Below, piece after piece: positions 42,066 through 52,016 of a stretch of 64,000 nt of DNA; the stretch's first letter is position 1; every line of letters starts with the position of its first letter. The position numbers and the translations under genes were made by a program. The notes under the pieces are model-generated. The model was not told the origin of the DNA. It did not search any database and worked only from the letters and a program-made list of their open reading frames with translations. The DNA is from Oopsacas minuta (taxonomy: Eukaryota; Animalia; Porifera): assembly GCA_024704765.1 (NCBI GenBank), contig JAKMXF010000302.1:1-64000 (forward strand). Reading direction: 5' to 3'.

Positions 42066-44299
42066 ATGCTAAATTGTACAATTCACAGTGTTACACCATT
42101 GCCACATGCTGGGCAAGTCAGGGATTTCTTCCCAAAAGATTCCAGTTTAGTACTTCGACGCGGTCAATCCTTTAGACTTCAAATTGTTTGTTCGGCTATA
42201 TCTGGGGCCTACGATATTTCAATAAGTTTCACCTCATTTTACAATCCAACTCAAACCTATGGAGAATATAATACACGTGATTTTACTCAGACTGCTAGAC
42301 AAATTGTCCTTGAAGTTAAAATACCATACTCTTTCCCGATTGGAAAGTTTTCTTTGTCGATTAAACTGACAATTCGAGAGGATAGAGAGGTGAGATTCTC
42401 CCTCGTCTCTCCTAGCCTAATTGTTCTATTCAACCCCTCCTCTTATGATGACGTAACTTATTACCCAGACACACTGGCATTGAGATATTACCACAGAGCT
42501 GATTGTGGTGTTATATTCCGCGGAACTCAGGAGAGCCCAGAGGAATATCCCTGGCATTATGCTCAATACTCAGACGAATGCTTAGAAGTAGCAATGAGAA
42601 TAATCAGTAACATGACCCCTGTAGAAGCTGCAGATGTTATTAAAGTAAGTAATCTATTCAAAGTATAGGGACAGCTTTTTGGTTTTTACATAATTTTTAG
42701 GAGAGTCATCCCGTAATTGCGTTGTACCCACTGACCACTGAAAACAATATTATAAGTTATGTGTAATTATAATTGTTTCTTATCATAGGAGAAACAATGA
42801 TAAGATGATTATGCAACTATGTCAATGCTAACCATAGATATAATGCGTAGGCAATGTAATTTTAGGTTTGTCAGCATCTAACCAGTAGAATCAATCCTTT
42901 CAATCAGCTGGGAATATTTAAAGAGTCATACTCTGGTATCTCCCCCGCTAGCATATCCCCTGCTCAGTGGAATAGCTCCCTCCCTCCTTTCAAGAGATAT
43001 CTTACCGGGAAGTACCCTCCTCTCCCTGGAGAGTGTTGGACTTTGTCAGGAGTTCTGGTTAGTCTATTGAGGTGTGTAGGTATTCCTGCTAGGCCTGTTT
43101 CCTGCTATAATGCAGCTCACCAGTGTAAGAAGTTAGGGAGAAATGACAAGTGAGTTATCTAAGATAATTCTCCTCTATCAACTGCTTACTATGAATGCTC
43201 TCTCAGGTATTTTATACATCAGGTAGGCCTGGTGGATTCACTGAATAAAGATTTAACCTGGGTGTATCATGTGTGGGTAGAGGCATGGATATCTTCTTGG
43301 GGGTGTGCGCCAAGTTGGCACGTTCTTGACCCTAGTGCTCATCAACAATCATCTGGTCCATTCAGGACAGGTCCGATATCAGTAAGCTCTATAGCTAACT
43401 ATAAGACATTCCCAATTTGTGACCACAGTGTTGAGTGCGTGGCAGGTGAAGTAAATTATTCCTGCTATACATTTAGGGTAGCGGAGATATCTGTGTTAGA
43501 TAATTGCTGGAAATTCACACTCGTTAAGATTGAAGATCAGTCAAACTGGTCACAAGTTGTCACAATGAATGAGAGTCATATGTTACAAGATATAACTGAT
43601 ACATACAAACTAGATTTTGGTAATCCAATCAAACATACAGAGGATATATTGTTTGAAACTTTCTCAGAAACGAATTTATTGGAAATAGGAACTGATCTCA
43701 AATTTGGGATTCGTGTAAAGAATTTGAGTGATTTTACTCACAAATTTGAAGGAATGGTCTCTGTAGATAGTATTCTATACACCCTGCGGAAGTTGTCTCA
43801 TGTTACAGATTTCCATTTCTCAGGAAGCCTCGGACCTCATAAGTCAAAGGAGTTCAACTATGTCCTAAAGTACTACGAATACTCCTCACATTTACAACAT
43901 CAGTGTTTCTTAAGATTAGTGTACCAGGCTCAAACAAATGAAATCTCTCCTAGCCAGATTCTCCTTACTAGCCTTTTCCTGCGTGTAAAAGGTGCTGCTC
44001 TAACTATCCAGATGCCTACCGAGTTGAAACTAAATGCACAATATAGAATAAAGATATCGTTCCGTAATCCTATCCCTTCCTATCTCACACACGTGACCAT
44101 TCACTTGAATAACAATTGGCTCATGAAAGAACCACAGGAGTTGAAGTTTAGACGAGCTGTCAAACCTGACGAGGAGATATCTGTGATAGGTAAGCTCCAT
44201 CCTATATGTGTGGGTGTTCACAATCTCTATGCCACACTCACATCTGTTGAGCTGTCAAATGTATACGTCACTCAGTCTGTCAATGTCATAAATCCATGA
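42066..44299 (+). CDS. TGM: Protein-glutamine gamma-glutamyltransferase (transglutaminase), ~651 aa; exons 42066-42644, 42866-43149, 43207-44299
   Basis: N-terminal LVLRRGQSF; the middle exon (not in the ORF track) reads GECWTLSGVLVSLLRCVGIPARPVSCYNAAH; YHVWVEAW and WHVLDPS complete the Cys-His-Asp triad; two C-terminal beta-barrels. The GT-AG introns (221 and 57 nt) keep the frame. Confidence 0.9.
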
Positions 44300-44919
44300 A
44301 TTTCACTTTCCGCTTAAAGTATTTATTTTCTTTACCTATTCACTTTTTATTTAAGCATTATATTATGTCGGATATTTAGTATTGTAATTCTATTTTATTG
44401 CAATCTTCTTAAATTAACTAATTATAACGGTCAGCTGGAAAATTCTATCGCAACTCTTTGTTACTTATTTTCAGATGTTTGTTTTGTATAATCTCGCCTA
44501 CAAACGTGGATTGAGTTTGCTGACTCGAATAATCTGCGTCTAACTATTTCACTGCGTTAATGGCATTTTGATATATCCATACTCCATACTCGCTTTCATG
44601 TAATCTGCGTTCTACTAATGTTTTTTGTGTTTGGCAATTGCCAGAAAGACTTTATTTCTCTTCAATATTACAATCTGCTTCTTACACAGGTATTTTCATT
44701 ATTCTGTATAGTTCATAGAGTCATTTATTGCATAGTTACGTAGGCAGCTAGCTTACGACAAATTTCTTAAATATGTTAAATATTGAATTAATTTAATACT
44801 TGTCATGCTGATTGAATAATGGGTAGCATGGTGATAGCACAAGAATTGATCACTCAATACAATTAACTCACAAATATCTGATAACTATCATGTACAATAC
44901 TATTTGACGATTCTGGTAA

Positions 44920-45243
44920 CTATAAGATATTACAACATTTCTTTAGTGTGCTACCTTTCTTTTCTGGCTTCCCTGTTATTATGGGTTGAGTTTTATTGGG
45001 CCGATCTTCAGAAATATTAGCCTTAACCATGAGATTAATTGGAAAATGACAGAGTATATCCATCTTATCTTCTAGCTTCTCCCTGTTCTCCAACAAATCT
45101 CCGTTACAACTTAGGATCTGTTTGAGAGCATCTACTCCTATTTTCTCCTCTATTTTGTTCTTTACATTGAGTATAGTATCACCTTGATCTACTTCTATAT
45201 GAATTATTTTACCATTCATGGTTTGGATCTTTAAACTCGGCAT
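44920..45243 (-). CDS. Ubiquitin-like protein with C-terminal CAAX box, 107 aa
   Basis: GKIIHIEVDQGDTILNVKNKIEEKIG aligns to ubiquitin [26 protein letters not shown]; no GlyGly; ends KKGSTLKKCCNIL. Confidence 0.8.
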   Translation of the reverse strand: MPSLKIQTMNGKIIHIEVDQGDTILNVKNKIEEKIGVDALKQILSCNGDLLENREKLEDKMDILCHFPINLMVKANISEDRPNKTQPIITGKPEKKGSTLKKCCNIL

Positions 45244-45895
45244 ATTTCTTCTACACTCCTGCTGGTCTTACAAATTCTCAAATGTAAACGTGCTTTATAT
45301 CTTTACTATAGATGTACACGTAGTAGCCCTTTAATTATCCTTCTTGTAAGCAGATCAATTCTGTAGGTTTATTGTTTGGATCATGTTACTTCATCTCCTT
45401 TTTTAGTATTCACATTAGATTATCTCCAGATTAAATTATCCTAATTAGTTAATCTTAAATTCATCAACCCACCTTCGCCCTTTCTTTTTATGTTTGAGTC
45501 ATCTCCCCACGTTTTGGTGCTTTATACAATCTCCCATTTCGTTCTTTCCATCATCTCTTATTACTTTATTTCCTATACAGGTAATCCGATTACTTCGAGA
45601 AAAATATTGGGCAATTCTCATCTTCGTAAATTCAATTTAGATCTCTTTCTGAGCGACAATTAAGAATTAATTATCACCATCACCAGAGGACGAACCAATA
45701 TTCTCTGGTCAGAGATTGTTTACTATCACTTATTGAATTATGTCTAAGTTGTAATTTGTATTTGTTAATGATGAGATGATAATTATAGACACATGCATTA
45801 ATACACTACAGCAATAATCATATACTAATATGACTTTACATAATATACTAGCTCTCCCATAAAGTTAACGCACGTTATTAGGGTATACTACTGCC

Positions 45896-48094
45896 ATGTC
45901 AGAGAGTTATAATAGAATGATTTCAAGAAAGAATGCGAGCAAGCATTTGTGGGTAGGGAATCTTCCTGATGACATGAGTGAGACAGAAATCAAGGACTAC
46001 TTCTCGAAATGGGGGAGAGTAGAGGCTATAAAAAAGCTGCCAAAGAAGGATCCTTCTGGAGGGCTTGCGGCTTTTATAGACTTTGAGAGCATGGAAGCAG
46101 CTGTCAGCTGTCATCAGGACAAACACATGATAGGACGTCAAGAGATACGTACTGACTATAATTACGAGCGTCGTTTTGTTGATTACAGAAAGTATCCTTC
46201 TACTGGGGGTAACACGGGCCCTCCCCCAGGAGCTCCTCGTAGAGTCTGGCGTCCAACTAGACACAGATCCTCTAGTCGATCTCTGAGTTTGTCTCGTAGT
46301 CGTTCTCGCTCTCCCTCTAGAAGCAGGTAAGTACTTGATTAGTTTATATATTTCAATTATAATCATATAATGCTAGGTCCAGTACACGAGACAGCCGTAG
46401 TTTCAGTAGAAGCAAGAGTCTTTCTCCTCGTAGATACAGCACTAGCAGGTCTATATCTAATAGTAGTAGTGGATCTGGTGGGAGTAAGGATCATATGAGA
46501 AGGAAGGTTAAGAGAACTGGAAAACATCAAAGTGATACTCTACGTATCATAAATTTACCAGAGAAGGTACCAGACAAAGTTATAGCTTACGAGCTTGATA
46601 GAGAGTTTAAGAAGAATTATGACGTCAAATCTGTAAGGATTCACGGGGGACAGTTTTCACGTAAATTCGCACTCATAAAATTCGCAACTTCAGATGAAGC
46701 AATCAATGCTATGGACACCAGACAGGGACGTGTGGTAGCAGGGTTCAGACTGGAGCTGCTCCTGTGGGACCCTGTAGGTCCCCCTCTTAGGAAAGATTCG
46801 TATCAGTATCGAACTTTCGCAGCTAATAAAGGCTCTTATCATCCTCCTTACGGATACTGGCAGGAAGGAATGGACCCTGGTGCTTCTAGATGTTTGTTTG
46901 TAGGAAATGTTCATAAAGGAACACATCCAGAGGAGGTAGATGACGTATTCCGTAAGTATGGTCAGATTCTGAGTGTTGATATCAAAGACAATGCTAGCGG
47001 TTCTTCAGCTACTTACGCATTCGTTCAGATGTTCAATCTTAATTCAGCTTGTTATGCTAAAAAGGTTCTTAACGGAAGATTTATCGGCCGTAATCGCTGT
47101 AAAGTAGCATTTGGTAAAGGAACAATATGCAGTAATGTTTGGATTGATGGACTTGATCCCACCTTGACTAATTTGGAAGTTAAAGAAGAGTTTGCTCGGT
47201 TCGGAGAGGTGATAGCAATCGCGTTTGATCGCAGATGTGGCACTGCAATAATACAGTTTGGTAATCGTGACGCTGCTACCTCTGTCTTCAAGAGAATGCG
47301 AGGAAAACCGATAGGCCGTAACAAGATTCTGGTGGACTACGCTTCTCAAGAGTGTAAGGACTTATTCTATGAACATCTAAAGAAAGTTGAGAAGGATAGA
47401 CAGTCTCTGAAACGATCTGAGAGTTTTGAAGATAAACCTAAAGCTCGCCCTCTTTCACAGTCCTATTCTCAGCAGAGACACAGTAGTTACCGTAAGTACA
47501 GAGAATTCGATGAGCCAGATGACTACTCCAAAGAGCTGCAAGATTTCAATAAATACAATAAAAGAGTTTATCATCGTAAGAAGGAGAGAACAGATGAACA
47601 CTGGCAGACTGTAGACGAAGCTAGCAGTAGTGGAGAGGATAGTCATGATGGAGGTAAGGGGTCTAGACGGGAGAGAGGGAAGAAGAAGAGGAGGTCTGGT
47701 AGTAAGAGGGGACATGAGAACAGCATTACTCCAGACAGTGGGTCCTCTTCTGAATCAGAATCTAGCGACAATGTACACTCTAAGAAGACCAGGAGATCAC
47801 GTAGTCCTCCTTTCGATAAGAAGAATAAATACAGTCGTGAGAAAGATATATCCGATGATGATTCCCCAAGACTTATAAGAAAGAATGATCACAGTCCTTT
47901 CCTGAATTCTGGGGTTAAACGTCAGTTCTCCTCTGACGAGGAGTTAGAGGATAAGAAATATACCAATAACACTCCCAGATCTCCTCCTTATATTGATAAT
48001 GATTCTAAACTGGAGCCGATGGATTTGAGTGGTGATCACTCTGGCAAGAAGACTAAGATTAGTCCTTACTTAGAAGACATAGGTTAGTTATTAA

Positions 48095-48125
<31 letters not shown>

Positions 48126-49010
48126 GTTATTAGTTTGTATACTTTACTATTACTTAAATATTATCTGTTAGATGATGGGAAGAGAGAATCTAGTGCTAGT
48201 GAGTACAGGCGTAAGACAGACAGCAGAGCTAAGCGTACTGGAGCTACTATATCAGAGACTGACATGTCCAGGTCTAAACGAACTAGGAAGGTTCAGGATG
48301 AGTTTGCAGAGGCTGAGGAGAGAAAGAGACGGGAGAGAGAGGAGAAAGAGAAGAAGAAACCAAGGAGAGAGCCGACTACTCCCTCTCCTATTGCTAACAC
48401 ACAAAACTCAGAAGCCAACCGAGATACTCCGCAAGGAGGAGGGACAGGATCAGGAGATCAACAGGTGTATGCTAGTGCTACACAACAACAACAACAGCAA
48501 CAAACACAAGCATTGATGGATCTGTTGAGAAGATATCCTGTTATGTGGCAGGGACATCTCTGTCTCAAGAACGATTCTGCTGCTGTACAGATGCATTTTC
48601 TAGCCGGAACCCTCAAGTTAGCGGAGTTCGCCCTCCCTCAGAGCCAGATGGCACAGCCTCCACCCTCCCTCAGGATCTCCCAGAGGATGCGACTAGATGC
48701 TACTCAGCTTGATGGGGTGGAGAAGAGATTAGAGAAACAGAGTGACTATTGTCTCTTATTGGCACTCCCATGTGGGAGAGATCCTCTTGATGTACACCAT
48801 CAGACTAAAACTCTAAGAGAATGTTTTATCAAATATCTCAATACTAAAGATGCTGCTGGGATTATCAATGTTGCTAACTATGTGGTGCATATCTTCCCTC
48901 CTTGTACCTTCTCAGAGAAACACCTCAAAGTAGCAGCGCCTGATCTCCTTAACAGTGCAGCAGATAGTGGTCATCTTATGATACTAATAGTGCTAGGTAG
49001 CAAGTCCTGA
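45896..49010 (+). CDS. SPEN: Split ends/SHARP orthologue, compact (~991 aa); exons 45896-46326, 46377-48082, 48172-49010
   Basis: RRM1, RS-rich linker, RRM2-4, and a C-terminal SPOC domain LLRRYPVMWQGHLCLKNDSAAVQMHF...RISQRMRLDATQL...DYCLLLALPCGRD matching SHARP. Two GT-AG introns (50 and 89 nt) join the three track ORFs in frame. Confidence 0.92.
48096..48125 (+). repeat. (ATT)10 microsatellite inside SPEN intron 2
   Basis: Read directly from the sequence. Confidence 0.95.
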
Positions 49011-50409
49011 TCCTTCAGTAAGTTTACATGCTATATGGTCTTTCTTAGTTGACTTGTATTAGTAATAGCTATTTTACAAACTTGATCTCATGATAATATG
49101 TGTTTTGTTCTATCTTGACAAGTGTTCTAGAATGTTCTATGGGATATTTAGTTGGCTCTATTTTATGGAAAGAGACTCTGGAAATTTGTTTCTCATTTCA
49201 GTTCTAATTTGGTAGCAAGATCTCAAGATATGGTATTCATTCAATATCAAGATTATTCGAATGATAAATTCGTATACTGGTTTAATATGTTAATACAGGA
49301 GATTAGGCCTGATTTCTCATTAATTTTTGGTTAAAAGCTTTTTTTACCATCAGTCATCCTTTTTGAGAATTCTGATAAAGAGTCTATAATTAATGGCAGT
49401 ATCATGTTAATAGTTGCGTTATTTATCAGGTAATGTTATACTTTAAGGTTAATATCATTATTTGATGACAACAATAGCACTCAGGTTATAAACAAACAAA
49501 ATTCATAATTGATATTTATCACCGCTCAATTAGACTTGATATGTGAACCGGTTTATTCTTCTAGTTTGTATATTAAATCATATCACATACGAATTTTAGT
49601 TCAACAATCAACTTGTGCATCATTTCACACCTTGAATTATTCTGTAAGGTGGTGATTGGGATGGCTCGAGGGGAGGAGGAGGCCATCTTTAAATGCCTAT
49701 AATTTAAATTGCGAGCAATATTTAGTACCTTTGGAAATTGGAATACAATCAGGTTCACTTATTTAAATATTCTCTTATTACGAAGCAAGTCGCGTCCCTA
49801 GCCCCATAAAATCATTCCATATGATTTGTATTAAATTAAGTTCTCTTAATATGAAGACTCTTTATTATGAAAAGATTTTTTTATCCCATGGGGGTTCACA
49901 ATACCCCTGACCGACACGCCATTACTTAATTGTTTATTGTTTATTGTTAATTATCAACTCGTTAACCATGGATAAAATGGATATTATATTTTTATCAATC
50001 CTGAATTCTTGCCTTTGTATCTCAAAAGTAACACTAGGAAATGACACATATGATATTGCAATTAATGATTGCTTATTTCTATACAGTGATTATGCAAATG
50101 AATCCATAGTGAATCTGTGCCATATTACCAAACCATATTCTTAAAAACTGAATCACTGTATCGTATATATAGTTTCAAACGAGTAATAATTTTAGGTCCG
50201 GAGAAATAGGGTTATCTTACAATATGTGTGTCCGCCCCTGTTTCACCATTTGACCTACTTATTGTCTCCCGCTTGAATACAGGTGTTACCCCCGTATATA
50301 ATATTATTTATGAGTATAATGGCTTACCAAATCAAATTTGATTTTCTCGTAGGAACTTGTTTGGTTGAGTTTATTCATTCCATTACTCTCATTCTAATTT
50401 AGAATTCAA

Positions 50410-51708
50410 ATGCGAAATTTTGTGGAAAATCATCTGAGCTCTAAATTATTGCAATCTATATTTATTTGCTTTTTTGCTGGTATTTGTTGGTATTTATTTT
50501 TTGTGAATGAAAATAATCTGCTCCATTTTCCACCCTATCGTTTCTCTCTCAAAGCTCGTTACAGATTCTCTCCCCTTCAAAAACTCCTTCCCTCTTCCCA
50601 ATGCGAAATTTCACACCTCCTAGCTGTGTGCAGACATACCAGTAGATATCCGACTAGCACAAACATAGAACAATTCTCTGTCCTACAAAATAAGCTCCAC
50701 AATATCTCATTTATCTCTCCGTACGAATGGTTACAGAATTGGACTAATAATTTCTCTCTTGACAGAGCTGGAGAGCTGTCAACAGCTGGAGAAATAGAAG
50801 CTATACTAATAGGAGAGAGGTACAAGAGGAGATATATGGAATTATTTGATTACTACTCTCCTGATCTCTATCAAGTTAACTCTACTTATAAGAATAGAGC
50901 CTATGGAACTGCTATAGCGTTTATGACAGGTCTATTTGGTAAGAATTTTAAGGATAAATTCGAAGTAACCAGAAACACTGAAGATGATAATTTGTTAAGA
51001 TTTTTCGATAACTGTATCAAATACGAGCAGAATATTATACAGAATGCCAGTAAGATTGTAGATAAGATTCGCGAAGGACCAGAATTTGTAGAATTGTTAC
51101 AGAGAGTTAATAACCGGCTAGGCACACAGCTTCTAACTTGGATAGATATCGATACGCTATGGAGAATATGTACTATGGAATTTCTTGCTACAAGGAGCTC
51201 ACTCGTTTGCTCTGTATTCTCTGATCAAGATTCTCAATTGTTTGAGTACTTTTATGACAGTAGAGCTTATCTCCTAAAATCTGGAGGGTATGAAATAAAT
51301 GTCAAGATGTCCTGTATCCTATTGAAACACATCGTATCTAAATTACAACTAGCAGCTAATGGAGATAGGAAGAAAGCTCAGTTATATTTTACTCATGCAG
51401 AGACCCTAATCCCTCTGCTAGCTCTACTCAACATCACTACTCATAATCTTGTTATGGAAAATAAACACTTGTATGATAGGGCTAACATGTATGGCTTGCT
51501 GGTACCTATGGGAGCTAATCTGGCTTTCAATCTGTTCCGCTGTGTCAATGGAGAGATGATTCTAACTATTGAGCTCAACGAAGAATTGGTTTTATTCGGT
51601 AAACATTTAAAAAGTTCAGTTTTGCTTTCTGAATTTTTTGAAATAGCTAATTTCCTAATTTCCGATTGTGATCCTACAACTTTTTGTTCTATTCCCGGCT
51701 CAGATTAA
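50410..51708 (+). CDS. MINPP1: Multiple inositol polyphosphate phosphatase 1 (histidine phosphatase), 432 aa
   Basis: N-terminal TM/signal segment, RHTSRYP (cf. RHGTRYP), GELSTAGEIE, HAET proton-donor motif, VPMGANLAFNLFRC. Confidence 0.88.
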   Translation: MRNFVENHLSSKLLQSIFICFFAGICWYLFFVNENNLLHFPPYRFSLKARYRFSPLQKLLPSSQCEISHLLAVCRHTSRYPTSTNIEQFSVLQNKLHNISFISPYEWLQNWTNNFSLDRAGELSTAGEIEAILIGERYKRRYMELFDYYSPDLYQVNSTYKNRAYGTAIAFMTGLFGKNFKDKFEVTRNTEDDNLLRFFDNCIKYEQNIIQNASKIVDKIREGPEFVELLQRVNNRLGTQLLTWIDIDTLWRICTMEFLATRSSLVCSVFSDQDSQLFEYFYDSRAYLLKSGGYEINVKMSCILLKHIVSKLQLAANGDRKKAQLYFTHAETLIPLLALLNITTHNLVMENKHLYDRANMYGLLVPMGANLAFNLFRCVNGEMILTIELNEELVLFGKHLKSSVLLSEFFEIANFLISDCDPTTFCSIPGSD

Positions 51709-52016
51709 TGATTTTGGATTTCTATTACTTACCTACTTACCTACTGCTGAATCTTATATTCAGTTGTTTATGTGTTGTTGTGTTTACTTTTCAATCTTTT
51801 CTATTTGTTGATATGTTTAGCTTACAGATACTTTCATTTGAGAGAGATAATAGCTACAAAATAGGTAAATTGTATCAAATACTTTATTGTTGTAACTTGG
51901 TCAGATAGCTACGTATATATAATCTCTTTCTTCTCATATAGACAATTGGCTAATACAATTCTATTAATTCTCTGCTGCTATTAGCATGAGCTACGTTGAT
52001 ACTACAGCGTATTTTC

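Noticed and set aside
44732-44745. 14-mer ATAGTTACGTAGGC shared with the fold-back arm at 5438-5451
   Set aside because: Several exact 14-mer matches are expected by chance in 64 kb of AT-rich DNA, and the flanks do not extend the match.
42066-45243. Transglutaminase next to the ubiquitin-like gene as a MavC-style non-canonical ubiquitination pair
   Set aside because: The genes are convergent rather than co-transcribed, the enzyme is an ordinary animal-type TG, and adjacency alone is no evidence.
49573-49686. MASSSPRAIPITT... resembling the 4E-BP RAIP motif
   Set aside because: No TTPGG repeats or YxxxxL-phi eIF4E-binding motif in any downstream frame; probably chance.
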